A DNA stretch of 248,000 bases from Hyalangium minutum (GCF_000737315.1 NZ_JMCB01000001.1:20001-268000), one strand, 5' to 3'; positions 19,611-28,412 are shown, counted from the first letter of the stretch. Notes: generated by a model from the sequence alone, not told the origin. Numbers and translations are program-made.

Positions 19611-20720
19611 TTACGCCGTGAAGGTGTTGCGGAACGGCTGCACGGCCTTGCTGAGGTGATCCAGGCCGCGGAACAGGTGCAGCATGCGGCCGATGGAGTC
19701 GAAGTCCTTGCCGAGGCGCTCCTGGCGGCGGTTCAGCCAGCTGCCGGGCCCGGGGCGCGCGGTCAGGCCGCCGTCCTGCTCGTGGCGGCGCGACAGCTGC
19801 TCGGCCAGCTTGGACAGGCCCTTGAACACATCCGACAGGCCCTTGAACACGTCGCGCATCTGCTTCAGCAGCGCGTCGGCGCCCTGCTGCGCGCCCGACG
19901 GCTGGGTGGTCGGGGTGCCCGGAGCCAGATCCTTGCCCAGCTTGAAGGACTCGCCGCCGTTGTTGCTGCCGACGATCTCCTTGCCCGTGAAGGACCAGTC
20001 ATCGGTCTCCTTGCCCATCACGAACACGTCCTTGCCACCGAAGTCGTTGACGTGCTGGAAGCCGTCGTGGGTGACCTGGCCGGTCTTGCCCTTGCCCTTG
20101 TCGATGTCCGTCACCTGCACGCGGTCGTTGCCGGAGATGATGTCCAGGCCGCCGGTCACCGTCATGCCGTTGCCGTAGGGCTTGGTGGTGACGTTGATAC
20201 GGGTGCCGTCGCCCAGCACGAAGGTGCTGTCCTTCTTGAAGTCCCACTTGCCGCCGTCGCCCTCGGCCACGTGCGGGTCGCCCCAGATCTTCGTCTCCTT
20301 GCCGTCCGGACCGGAGATCTTCCAGTCGAACTGGCCGAGCTGCTCGATCTTGTAGCCGCCGGGGGTGGTCACCACGCCGTTGGAGCTCGTCTGCAGGCTG
20401 CCCTGGGGGTGCGAGCCCTGCGAGGGGTTCGGGGTCTCAGGACCCACCGCCATCTTCCACAGGTCGTCCAGCGAGCGGGGGCCCGTGGAGGACGGAGGAA
20501 CGAAGCCGGTGTTGCCGCCGGCCGCAGTGCCCGGCGAGGTGGCGCCGGGGGGAACGAAGCCGGTGTTGCCCGTGGCCGCGGTGCTCGGGGCCTGCGCGGA
20601 GGCGGCCTTGATCAGCTGCGCCTCGAGCTTGTTGAGCTTGCCCTCGAGGGTGCTCAGCTGGGAGCTGAGGGTGTTGAGAGGATTGGCTCCGATACCCACA
20701 GGCTTCGACGTGATCGACAT
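19611..20720 (-). CDS. DUF1521-like domain protein
   Basis: IWGDPHV...WDFK...TFVL.DGT.I motif; helical N- and C-termini. Confidence 0.7.
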   Translation of the reverse strand: MSITSKPVGIGANPLNTLSSQLSTLEGKLNKLEAQLIKAASAQAPSTAATGNTGFVPPGATSPGTAAGGNTGFVPPSSTGPRSLDDLWKMAVGPETPNPSQGSHPQGSLQTSSNGVVTTPGGYKIEQLGQFDWKISGPDGKETKIWGDPHVAEGDGGKWDFKKDSTFVLGDGTRINVTTKPYGNGMTVTGGLDIISGNDRVQVTDIDKGKGKTGQVTHDGFQHVNDFGGKDVFVMGKETDDWSFTGKEIVGSNNGGESFKLGKDLAPGTPTTQPSGAQQGADALLKQMRDVFKGLSDVFKGLSKLAEQLSRRHEQDGGLTARPGPGSWLNRRQERLGKDFDSIGRMLHLFRGLDHLSKAVQPFRNTFTA

Positions 20721-20804
20721 GATTACTATCCTTTTTGGTTAAAGCGCCGCGGCCGCCCCTCCGAGAGGGAGAAGCGCTGCCGCCCAGCGCATTTCTTACT
20801 ATGA

Positions 20805-20831
20805 GTATCGGCCCATCCGCTTCAGAGTTTC
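20805..20831 (-). promoter_or_regulatory. Sigma28-like promoter of the DUF1521 gene
   Basis: minus strand GAAACTC-N13-CCGATAC. Confidence 0.6.
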
Positions 20832-20946
20832 GTGGCGATTTTCACCAACATTATCGGTCGCTTGACCGATGCACTGCCAGCTCCACCCGAGCGCAGATAG
20901 GCACACAAAGTCGCACCCGAGCGGTCGGATCGCGCGCTCGAAGCCC

Positions 20947-20998
20947 AAAACGAAACCGGCCCCGCGGAAGGACCTGAGGTCCTCGCGAGGCCGGCTCC
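20947..20998 (-). terminator. Terminator of needle-like gene copy 2
   Basis: same hairpin as copy 1 plus tttcgtttt. Confidence 0.7.
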
Positions 20999-21026
20999 GA
21001 ACTGCTCTGTAGCGCCTACCCGGCTA

Positions 21027-21254
21027 TCACACCGCCAGGTTCTGGATGACGCTCTTGCTCATCTCGTGCAGCGCCTTCATCATCGTCGTCGCCAGCTGCA
21101 CCATCTCCTGCATCCGCTGCATCTCAGCCTGAACCTTCAGAAGGTTCTTCTGCTCCGCGGGGATGTTCTGGTTGTCGATCCACGAGTTCATCGTGCCGAC
21201 GTTGCTGTTGATGGTGCCAGAGAAGTTGTTGAAAACGCCGCCGAGGCTGGACAT
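21027..21254 (-). CDS. Putative T3SS needle/filament subunit, copy 2
   Basis: 75 aa, QAEM variant. Confidence 0.6.
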   Translation of the reverse strand: MSSLGGVFNNFSGTINSNVGTMNSWIDNQNIPAEQKNLLKVQAEMQRMQEMVQLATTMMKALHEMSKSVIQNLAV

Positions 21255-21315
21255 GTGCGACTCCTTGAGACGGATGGGGTAGGAAGGGTGAACCGCGAAG
21301 CAGCTTACACCTGGA

Positions 21316-21342
21316 TTATCGGTTCTGGGCAGAGGGAGTTTC
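21316..21342 (-). promoter_or_regulatory. Sigma28-like promoter
   Basis: GAAACTC-N13-CCGATAA. Confidence 0.7.
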
Positions 21343-21436
21343 CTGGAATTTTCCGGATCATTTCCTACCTCCCGGATCCCCTCGAGTCGCCTGAGCCTCT
21401 GAGCCCAGTTCGGCGCCCGCGGGCTCCTGCGGCGCC

Positions 21437-21488
21437 AAAACGAAACCGGCCCCGCGGAAGGACCTGAGGTCCTCGCGAGGCCGGCTCC
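21437..21488 (-). terminator. Terminator of needle-like gene copy 3
   Basis: repeated hairpin. Confidence 0.7.
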
Positions 21489-21516
21489 GAGCTGCTCTGT
21501 AGCGCCTACCCGGCTA

Positions 21517-21744
21517 TCACACCGCCAGGTTCTGGATGACGCTCTTGCTCATCTCGTGCAGCGCCTTCATCATCGTCGTCGCCAGCTGCACCATCTCCTG
21601 CATCCGCTGCATCTCGGACTGAACCTTCAGAAGGTTCTTCTGCTCCGCGGGGATGTTCTGGTTGTCGATCCACGAGTTCATCGTGCCGACGTTGCTGTTG
21701 ATGGTGCCAGAGAAGTTGTTGAAAACGCCGCCGAGGCTGGACAT
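21517..21744 (-). CDS. Putative T3SS needle/filament subunit, copy 3
   Basis: 75 aa, same protein as copy 1. Confidence 0.6.
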   Translation of the reverse strand: MSSLGGVFNNFSGTINSNVGTMNSWIDNQNIPAEQKNLLKVQSEMQRMQEMVQLATTMMKALHEMSKSVIQNLAV

Positions 21745-21806
21745 GTGTGACTCCTGAGAGTGGGAAATTCGTTTGGGGAAGGGAAAGTAACTGCCTGACA
21801 AGCTGA

Positions 21807-21833
21807 TTATCGGGCCAGCCCTGCCGGAGTTTC
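21807..21833 (-). promoter_or_regulatory. Sigma28-like promoter
   Basis: GAAACTC-N13-CCGATAA. Confidence 0.7.
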
Positions 21834-21925
21834 CTGCGACTTTTCCGGATCATTTCCTACCTCCCGGATCCCCGAGTCGCCTGAGCCTCTGAGCCCAGCT
21901 CAGCTCCCGGGGGCTCCCCAGGCCC

Positions 21926-21978
21926 CAAAACGAAACCGGCCCCGCGGAAGGACCTGAGGTCCTCGCGAGGCCGGCTCC
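21926..21978 (-). terminator. Terminator of needle-like gene copy 4
   Basis: repeated hairpin. Confidence 0.7.
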
Positions 21979-22006
21979 GAACTGCTCTGTAGCGCCTACC
22001 CGGCTA

Positions 22007-22234
22007 TCACACCGCCAGGTTCTGGATGACGCTCTTGCTCATCTCGTGCAGCGCCTTCATCATCGTCGTCGCCAGCTGCACCATCTCCTGCATCCGCTGC
22101 ATCTCAGCCTGAACCTTCAGAAGGTTCTTCTGCTCCGCGGGGATGTTCTGGTTGTCGATCCACGAGTTCATCGTGCCGACGTTGCTGTTGATGGTGCCAG
22201 AGAAGTTGTTGAAAACACCGCCGAGGCTGGACAT
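22007..22234 (-). CDS. Putative T3SS needle/filament subunit, copy 4
   Basis: 75 aa, QAEM variant. Confidence 0.6.
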   Translation of the reverse strand: MSSLGGVFNNFSGTINSNVGTMNSWIDNQNIPAEQKNLLKVQAEMQRMQEMVQLATTMMKALHEMSKSVIQNLAV

Positions 22235-22297
22235 GTGCGACTCCTTGAGAAAGCAGGGTGGGTGGGAGCGGCCGACAGCAGCCGCCTGACAAAATGA

Positions 22298-22324
22298 TTC
22301 TCGTGCCCACTCAGGAAAAGTTTC
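22298..22324 (-). promoter_or_regulatory. Sigma28-like promoter (variant -10)
   Basis: GAAACTT-N13-ACGAGAA. Confidence 0.55.
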
Positions 22325-22382
22325 CTGGGGACTTTCTGGATCATTTTTCTGAGCCCAGCCGCCTGGAGTTTCCGGCTCCCGC

Positions 22383-22432
22383 AACAAAACCGGCCTCGCG
22401 GAAGGACCTGAGGTCCTCGCGAGGCCGGCTCC
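22383..22432 (-). terminator. Terminator of needle-like gene copy 5
   Basis: ccggcctcgcggaaggacctgaggtcctcgcgaggccgg hairpin. Confidence 0.7.
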
Positions 22433-22461
22433 GCACTCCCCTGAAGCGACTGCCGGAGGAA

Positions 22462-22692
22462 TTACACCGACAGGTTCTGGATGGTGCTCTTGCTCATCTC
22501 GTGCAGCGCCTTCATCAGCGTGGTGGCCAGCTGGGTCATCTCCTGCATCCGCTGCATCTCGGACTGAACCTTCAGCAGGTTCTTCTGCTCCGCCGGGATG
22601 TTCTGGTTGTCAATCCACGAGTTCATCGTGTTGACGTTGCTGTTGATGGTGCCCTGGAACTGGTTGAAGACGCCCTGCAGTGCCTGCGACAT
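22462..22692 (-). CDS. Putative T3SS needle/filament subunit, divergent copy 5 (76 aa)
   Basis: MSQALQGVFNQFQG... N-terminus differs, core conserved. Confidence 0.6.
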   Translation of the reverse strand: MSQALQGVFNQFQGTINSNVNTMNSWIDNQNIPAEQKNLLKVQSEMQRMQEMTQLATTLMKALHEMSKSTIQNLSV

Positions 22693-22752
22693 GATTGACT
22701 CCGTATATGAGTGATCCGCCAGTCAGTGGCGGCTATGACTTCCTTGCCCTGA

Positions 22753-22779
22753 TTATCGGAGTCACCACCCCCGAGTTGC
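22753..22779 (-). promoter_or_regulatory. Sigma28-like promoter
   Basis: GCAACTC-N13-CCGATAA. Confidence 0.65.
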
Positions 22780-22859
22780 TTGGGGATTTTCGGAATCATT
22801 TCGCCGCCAGTGCGAGCTCCGGAGCCGGTGGCGCGGAGGCCTGGAGGCCCTCGAGGCCC

Positions 22860-22911
22860 AAAACGAAACCGGCCCCGCGGAAGGACCTGAGGTCCTCGCG
22901 AGGCCGGCTCC
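22860..22911 (-). terminator. Terminator of needle-like gene copy 6
   Basis: repeated hairpin. Confidence 0.7.
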
Positions 22912-22939
22912 GAACTGCTCTGTAGCGCCTACCCGGCTA

Positions 22940-23167
22940 TCACACCGCCAGGTTCTGGATGACGCTCTTGCTCATCTCGTGCAGCGCCTTCATCATCGTC
23001 GTCGCCAGCTGCACCATCTCCTGCATCCGCTGCATCTCGGACTGAACCTTCAGAAGGTTCTTCTGCTCCGCAGGGATGTTCTGGTTGTCGATCCACGAGT
23101 TCATCGTGCCGACGTTGCTGTTGATGGTGCCAGAGAAGTTGTTGAAAACGCCGCCGAGGCTGGACAT
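22940..23167 (-). CDS. Putative T3SS needle/filament subunit, copy 6
   Basis: 75 aa, same protein as copy 1. Confidence 0.6.
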   Translation of the reverse strand: MSSLGGVFNNFSGTINSNVGTMNSWIDNQNIPAEQKNLLKVQSEMQRMQEMVQLATTMMKALHEMSKSVIQNLAV

Positions 23168-23230
23168 GTGTGACTCCTGAGAGTGGGAAATTCGTTTGGG
23201 GGAAGCGAAAGTAACCGCCTGACAGCCTGA

Positions 23231-23257
23231 TTATCGGACCCACACCGCCGGAGTTTC
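23231..23257 (-). promoter_or_regulatory. Sigma28-like promoter
   Basis: GAAACTC-N13-CCGATAA. Confidence 0.7.
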
Positions 23258-23305
23258 CTCCGGTTTTCCAGGATCATTTCCTGGTCGGCCAAGTCCTTGA
23301 AATCA

Positions 23306-23941
23306 CTAGCCCTTCAGCTTGCCGATGGAGGGGTTCTTCATCCAGGTCTTGAAGGACTCGAGCTGCTGCTGCTCGGACTTGGGCTCCTGGGCAGCCGGGG
23401 CCTTGGGGGGCGCGGCCGTCTCCGGGTTGAGCGTCATCTTGCTGGGCTTGGAGCCACCCCCCTCAAAACCATCCTGCGCCTTCTTGGCGCCAGGGGCCAC
23501 GGGAGCCGCAGGGGCCGCAGGGGCCGCGACGCCGCCGGCCACGTTCGGAACCTGGACGCCCTCGAGGAGCGACGGGCCCATGATCTTCTCGGGGATCTTC
23601 ACGCCCTCGGGCAGCTGCATCTGGCCGGTGAAGCCGAAGGCCACCAGACGCTTCTGCATGTACTCCACGCACTGCATGATGATGGCCGGGGGCGGCAGGA
23701 CGGGATCCTTCATGAAGCGCATGAAGGCGTCCTTCACGTCCTGGTAGATCTGCATGTCGAACGGCGAGCCCGGGCGCGTGTGCAGCATCAGCTCGTGGAA
23801 CTTGCGCAGCAGGGGCTGCGCGGTGCCGGTGGCCGCCTTGGCCTGCTTCTCGACCTCGGGAATCAGCCGCTCACGCTCTGCCGCCAGCTCGGGCGGCTCG
23901 GGGGGAAACTGCGGGGCATTGGGGTTCTTCGCGTTCGACAT
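23306..23941 (-). CDS. Hypothetical protein (T3SS cluster)
   Basis: plausible coding frame, co-directional with cluster. Confidence 0.6.
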   Translation of the reverse strand: MSNAKNPNAPQFPPEPPELAAERERLIPEVEKQAKAATGTAQPLLRKFHELMLHTRPGSPFDMQIYQDVKDAFMRFMKDPVLPPPAIIMQCVEYMQKRLVAFGFTGQMQLPEGVKIPEKIMGPSLLEGVQVPNVAGGVAAPAAPAAPVAPGAKKAQDGFEGGGSKPSKMTLNPETAAPPKAPAAQEPKSEQQQLESFKTWMKNPSIGKLKG

Positions 23942-24078
23942 GAGGCGGGCTCCTCCCGGGGTAGGGGTGCGCTAAATCTACACGATTGCCCCATGCTAAC
24001 AGCAAAGGGGATTCCCCGATCAAGCTTACGGCTGGGAGTTTACGCGTCTTTGCCCTGCCCCGGCCCTACCGGAGAGGC

Positions 24079-24555
24079 TCAGCGGCGACCCGTGAGCGAG
24101 GAAATCATCGCATTGGCCTTCCGAGTCACCGGGTCATCCTCCGCAGCCAGCGAGGCGGCGCGGCGCAGATCCTCGATGGCCTGCGACTTCTGGCCCATGG
24201 TGAGCTTCACCTCGGCGCGGCCCACGTAGGCCTGGGCATCGTCCGAGGCCAGCTTGATGGCCACGTCATAGGCGGCCAGCGCGCCCTGGGCGTTGCCCGC
24301 GGCCAGCTCCACCACCCCGAGCGCCTTGGCGAAGTACGGATCCGTGGGGTTCACCGCGTAGAGCCCCTGGAAGAGCGTCCGCGCCTCGTTCACCCGGCCC
24401 TGGTGGAAGAAGAAGTAGGCCGTCTTGGCGATGGCGTAGAGCTCATCGTCTGAGTAGCCGCGCACGTCGCGCAGGGTCGCCTTGCCGTCCGCCCACTTCT
24501 GCAGGGCCGCGACGAGCTTCGCCTCTTCCTGGGGGCTGTTGGGGTCCGCAGCCAT
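24079..24555 (-). CDS. SycD/LcrH-family T3SS chaperone
   Basis: ELYAIA..AYFFF.QG...EA..LF..L..VNP motif. Confidence 0.85.
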   Translation of the reverse strand: MAADPNSPQEEAKLVAALQKWADGKATLRDVRGYSDDELYAIAKTAYFFFHQGRVNEARTLFQGLYAVNPTDPYFAKALGVVELAAGNAQGALAAYDVAIKLASDDAQAYVGRAEVKLTMGQKSQAIEDLRRAASLAAEDDPVTRKANAMISSLTGRR

Positions 24556-24559
24556 GATG

Positions 24560-25036
24560 CTAGTAGCCCTCGTCCTTCTGCTCCTCGCGGATGCGGCGCA
24601 TGATCTCCTGCACCTCGGAGTTCACCTGGCCCACCAGCGTCAGCATCTGCGACTCGCGCTGGAGCAGGGCCTTGAGCCGCTCCATGCGATCCGGCGGCGC
24701 GTTGATGCGCGACAGGCCACGCTCCATGAGCCGGCGCTGATCATTCTCCCCACGCTCGGCCACGCTCTCCAGCTGGGGCCGGTCCGAGAAGCCCTCGAGC
24801 GGCGCGTCATTCTGACGAGGATTGGCCGGGGTGGGCAGCCGCAGCTCCTCGGAGGAGTGCGCCGGACCGATGAAGTCCAGCAGCGCCGCCGAGGCAAGCG
24901 CCGGGTTCTTCGGGTTGCCGGTCTTCTTGGTGTTCTTGCGGTTGAGCTGCGTGCGATCGACAAGCCGCTCACGGACGCTGCGGGGACCACCCCAGGGCCA
25001 CAGCGGCGCAGGGGGTTGATTGTTGATCTTCGCCAT
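24560..25036 (-). CDS. Hypothetical coiled-coil protein (T3SS cluster)
   Basis: operon position. Confidence 0.55.
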   Translation of the reverse strand: MAKINNQPPAPLWPWGGPRSVRERLVDRTQLNRKNTKKTGNPKNPALASAALLDFIGPAHSSEELRLPTPANPRQNDAPLEGFSDRPQLESVAERGENDQRRLMERGLSRINAPPDRMERLKALLQRESQMLTLVGQVNSEVQEIMRRIREEQKDEGY

Positions 25037-25080
25037 GGTTGTGCAACCTCACTCCAGAACAGGGCCGTTCGTCCAGTCCC

Positions 25081-25365
25081 CTACTTCTTGGCGCCGCTCG
25101 CCTGCTGCTCCTGCTGCAGGGCGTAAACGAAGTTCAGCACCTCGGCCACCGCGTCATACAGCTCCTCGGGGACTTCCTGGCCCACGTCGACGCGGTAGAG
25201 CGCATTGGCCAGGGGGAGATTCTTCATGATGGGGATGTTGTACTGCTTGGCAATCTCGCGGATTTTCTCCGCCTTGAGGCGCATCCCCTTGGCCACGACC
25301 CGAGGCGCGCCGTCCTTCTCCTTGTCGTACTTCAGCGCGATCGCGATCTCCGTCTCGTCGTTCAT
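25081..25365 (-). CDS. Stand-alone FlhB/SctU C-terminal domain protein
   Basis: AIALKYD...APRVVAKG...[11 protein letters not shown]. Confidence 0.85.
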   Translation of the reverse strand: MNDETEIAIALKYDKEKDGAPRVVAKGMRLKAEKIREIAKQYNIPIMKNLPLANALYRVDVGQEVPEELYDAVAEVLNFVYALQQEQQASGAKK

Positions 25366-25398
25366 GGCTGCCCTGGATGATACCCCGGCCGGGCCCCG

Positions 25399-26460
25399 CT
25401 AGGCGCGGGCCGGGGAGCCCTCTTTCAGGCCGTAGACGAAGTTCAGCACCTCGGCCACCGCGTCATACAGCTCCTCGGGGATGTCCTGGCCCACGTCCAC
25501 CCGGAGCAGCGCGTGCGCCAACGGCACGTTGCGCAGCAGGGGCACGTCGGCGGCCTTGGCCAGCGCCTTGATCTGCTCGGCCTTGGAGTCCAGGCCCTTG
25601 GCGAGCACCCGGGGCGCGCCGTCCTTCTCCCGGTCGTACTTGAGCGCCACGGCGACGTGGTCCGGGTTGGTGACGATCACGTCGGCGCCCTTCACGGACT
25701 CCATCTGAGCGCTCTCCATGATCTCCTGGTGCATCTGCTTGCGGTGCGCCTTGTGGTGCGGATCGCCCTCGCTCTCCTTGTATTCCTTCTTCACCTCGTC
25801 CTTCGACATCATCATGTCCTTCATGTAGGACTTTCGCTGCCACCAGATGTCGAAGATGGAGAAGAGCAGGAAGATGAGGCCGATCTTGAAGGCGACGCGG
25901 TAGACCATCTCCCCCATCACCCCCATGATCCCCGGCACGTCCATGCGCACCGTCTGGACCACCATGCCCATGCCGTCGCGGATGACGCCGAAGATGACGT
26001 AGCCCGCGACGCTGATCTTGGCCAGGTTCTTGATCAGCTCCACGGCCGTCTTCTTGGAGAACATGTTCTTGAGGCCCTGGATGGGATTCAGCTTCTCCAG
26101 CTTGGGCATCAAGGGGTCCAGGGTGAAGAGCGAGCCCACCTGGAGGAACTCGGCCAGCCCGGCCACCACCGCGCAGGCGCCGATGACGGGTGCCACCAGC
26201 GTGAGCACCGCGCTCAAGCCCATCTCCATCAGATGGAAGGTGGCGATCTGCAGCGAGTCCGGCTTCGACATCTGATCGAACGAGTAGCGGAAGAGGATCG
26301 TCACCTTCTCTTCGATGTTGCCCCAGGTGGCCTTGACGGCGCCCAGCCCCACGAGCAGCACGAACACGCCCGTCAGGTCCTTGCTCTTCCAGACCTGGCC
26401 CTTCTTGCGTGAGTCCTGCAGCTTCTTTTGTGTGGGTTCTTCTGTCTTCTCGTCGGACAT
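25399..26460 (-). CDS. sctU: T3SS export switch SctU (FlhB family)
   Basis: EKTEEPT.KKL, EGDPH, NPDH autocleavage motif. Confidence 0.92.
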   Translation of the reverse strand: MSDEKTEEPTQKKLQDSRKKGQVWKSKDLTGVFVLLVGLGAVKATWGNIEEKVTILFRYSFDQMSKPDSLQIATFHLMEMGLSAVLTLVAPVIGACAVVAGLAEFLQVGSLFTLDPLMPKLEKLNPIQGLKNMFSKKTAVELIKNLAKISVAGYVIFGVIRDGMGMVVQTVRMDVPGIMGVMGEMVYRVAFKIGLIFLLFSIFDIWWQRKSYMKDMMMSKDEVKKEYKESEGDPHHKAHRKQMHQEIMESAQMESVKGADVIVTNPDHVAVALKYDREKDGAPRVLAKGLDSKAEQIKALAKAADVPLLRNVPLAHALLRVDVGQDIPEELYDAVAEVLNFVYGLKEGSPARA

Positions 26461-26475
26461 GGCGGGCGCCGGGTG

Positions 26476-27294
26476 TCAGCTGAGGAGTCTGATGGCGTGC
26501 TTCAGGATCGCCAGCATGGAGGCGAACTCGTCCTGGAAGCGCCCGATGATCATCTGAATGGAGATACCGAAGATGATGGCGGCCACCATGGGCTTGATGG
26601 CCATGGCGATGAAGAAGACCTGGAGGTTGGTCGCCACACGGTTGATGGCGCCCATGCCCAGGTCCGTCAGGAAGGTGGCCAGCACGACGGGCGCCGACAG
26701 GATGAGGGAGATCCTCAGGAGGTCCGCGAAGACGCGGATCGACACCTCGAAGAAGGGCCAAAGTCCGGCGCTGAACCGGGGGAAGCCGTCCAGTGGGACG
26801 GCGACGAAGCTGTCGGCCAGGGCCTCGATGACGACGTGGTGCCCGTTGAGCGTGAGGAAGAGCACCACGGCCAGCTGCGTCTTCAAGTTGGAGTAGAGCG
26901 TCACCTGCTGGCCGAGCTGGGGCACGTAGAGCTGGGCGTTGTTGCTGCCCATCATGGTGTCCGCCAGGTTTCCTGCCACGCGGGCCGCGTCGAAGATGGC
27001 GCTGACGATGAACGCCAGCGACATGCCGATGAAGATCTCCTTGAGCAGCAGCGCGATGTAGGGCAGCGGTTGGCTGGGGATGGTCCCCATCCGCTGCGCC
27101 ACGAGGGGGAACATCACGATCGACAAGGTGATGCCGACGCCCATCTTCACTTCCGTGGGCGTGACCTCTCCGCCGAGGAACGGCGAGAAGATGATCACCG
27201 GCAGGACCCGGCACATGATCAGGCCCACGGCGAAGATGATGAGCTGGATGTTGGCCTGCTCGGCCAACTTCGCGATCGCTTCCGAGGCGTTCAT
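26476..27294 (-). CDS. sctT: T3SS export apparatus SctT (FliR family)
   Basis: multi-TM protein with FliR-like motifs, next to sctS. Confidence 0.88.
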   Translation of the reverse strand: MNASEAIAKLAEQANIQLIIFAVGLIMCRVLPVIIFSPFLGGEVTPTEVKMGVGITLSIVMFPLVAQRMGTIPSQPLPYIALLLKEIFIGMSLAFIVSAIFDAARVAGNLADTMMGSNNAQLYVPQLGQQVTLYSNLKTQLAVVLFLTLNGHHVVIEALADSFVAVPLDGFPRFSAGLWPFFEVSIRVFADLLRISLILSAPVVLATFLTDLGMGAINRVATNLQVFFIAMAIKPMVAAIIFGISIQMIIGRFQDEFASMLAILKHAIRLLS

Positions 27295-27554
27295 CGAATG
27301 ATGGCGGGGAACCGGTCGAAGACGTGGAAGGTGAAGCGCACGAGCTGGTGGCCGATCCACGGGCCCACCATGGCCAGCGTGACGAAGACAATGACCATCT
27401 TCGGCGCGAAGGTGAGCGTCTGCTCCTGGATCTGCGTCGTGGCCTGGAACAGGGCGATGATGAAGCCCACCAGGAGGCTGATGATGACAGGCGGCGCCGA
27501 GGCGACGAGCACCAGGAAGAGCGCCTGCTGAGTGATGACCGTCAGTTGGTGCAT
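27291..27554 (-). CDS. sctS: T3SS export apparatus SctS (FliQ family)
   Basis: LFQATTQIQEQTLTFAPK. Confidence 0.93.
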   Translation of the reverse strand: MHQLTVITQQALFLVLVASAPPVIISLLVGFIIALFQATTQIQEQTLTFAPKMVIVFVTLAMVGPWIGHQLVRFTFHVFDRFPAIIR

Positions 27555-27564
27555 GGCGTTCCTC

Positions 27565-28401
27565 CTACAGGTACCCGATGACCAGGCCCTTGGCGATCAA
27601 GTACCAGCCGTCGACCAAGACGAAGAGTAAGAGCTTGAAGGGCATGGAGATGGTGGTGGGTGACAACATGTGCATGCCGAGCGCGAGCAGGATGTTGGCC
27701 ACCACCATGTCGATGACAATGAAGGGCACGAAGAGCAGGAAGCCGATCTGGAAGGCCTCCTTGAGCTCGGACACGACGAAGGCCGGGATGATGATCATGA
27801 AGTCCCGGTCGCCCACGTCCTTGCGATCCTCCTCCTTGCGCATCTTCTTGGCCAGGTGGAAGAAGAGCGCCCGGTCCTTGTCCTTGACCTTCTTGATGAG
27901 GAAGTCGCGCAGGGGCTCCTTGGCGCGATCCGCGGCGGCCAGCATGGTGCCCACGGTCTCCGAGGAGAGCAGCCCGGGCCCCTTCGCCCAGATGTCCACC
28001 TGGGCCGCCTTGTACATGTTCTGGCCGATGGGGGCCATGATGTAGACGGTGAGGATGATGGCCAGGCCGGTGATGACCTGGGTGGGCGGGATCTGCTGGG
28101 TGCCCAGCGCCGAGCGGACGATGGAGAGCACCACCGAGATCTTCACGAAGCTGGTCACCATCATCAGCACGAAGGGGACGAGCGACAGCGCCGCCAGCGC
28201 CAGGATGAGGATCAGCGGCCGCGAGGTGAATGACTCGCTGTTCGTCACCGACTGCACGGCGTTGGCGGGGAGCGGCTCCTCCGTGGCGACGGCGCTGCCC
28301 CTCTTGGCGGCGAAGGCAACAGCCGGCTGCAGGGCGACAGCGGCGGCATACAGCCAGGGAGTGGCACGGGACAGGGACTGGCGCAAGGACGAGGGTCTCA
28401 C
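27565..28401 (-). CDS. sctR: T3SS export apparatus SctR (FliP family)
   Basis: TSFVKI..V...R.ALG.QQ.PP, PFKLLLFVLVDGW; start approximate (GTG). Confidence 0.92.
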   Translation of the reverse strand: MRPSSLRQSLSRATPWLYAAAVALQPAVAFAAKRGSAVATEEPLPANAVQSVTNSESFTSRPLILILALAALSLVPFVLMMVTSFVKISVVLSIVRSALGTQQIPPTQVITGLAIILTVYIMAPIGQNMYKAAQVDIWAKGPGLLSSETVGTMLAAADRAKEPLRDFLIKKVKDKDRALFFHLAKKMRKEEDRKDVGDRDFMIIIPAFVVSELKEAFQIGFLLFVPFIVIDMVVANILLALGMHMLSPTTISMPFKLLLFVLVDGWYLIAKGLVIGYL

Positions 28402-28412
28402 GAGAGCAATCT

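Noticed and set aside
20851-20877. Additional CCGATAA box upstream of the DUF1521 gene
   Set aside because: The position 13 nt upstream reads GCAGTGC, a poor -35 match; the better two-box site is at 20805-20831.
20947-23257. Regularly spaced repeats resembling a CRISPR array
   Set aside because: Period is about 490 bp, each unit holds a full ORF, the hairpins are terminators, and no cas genes are present.
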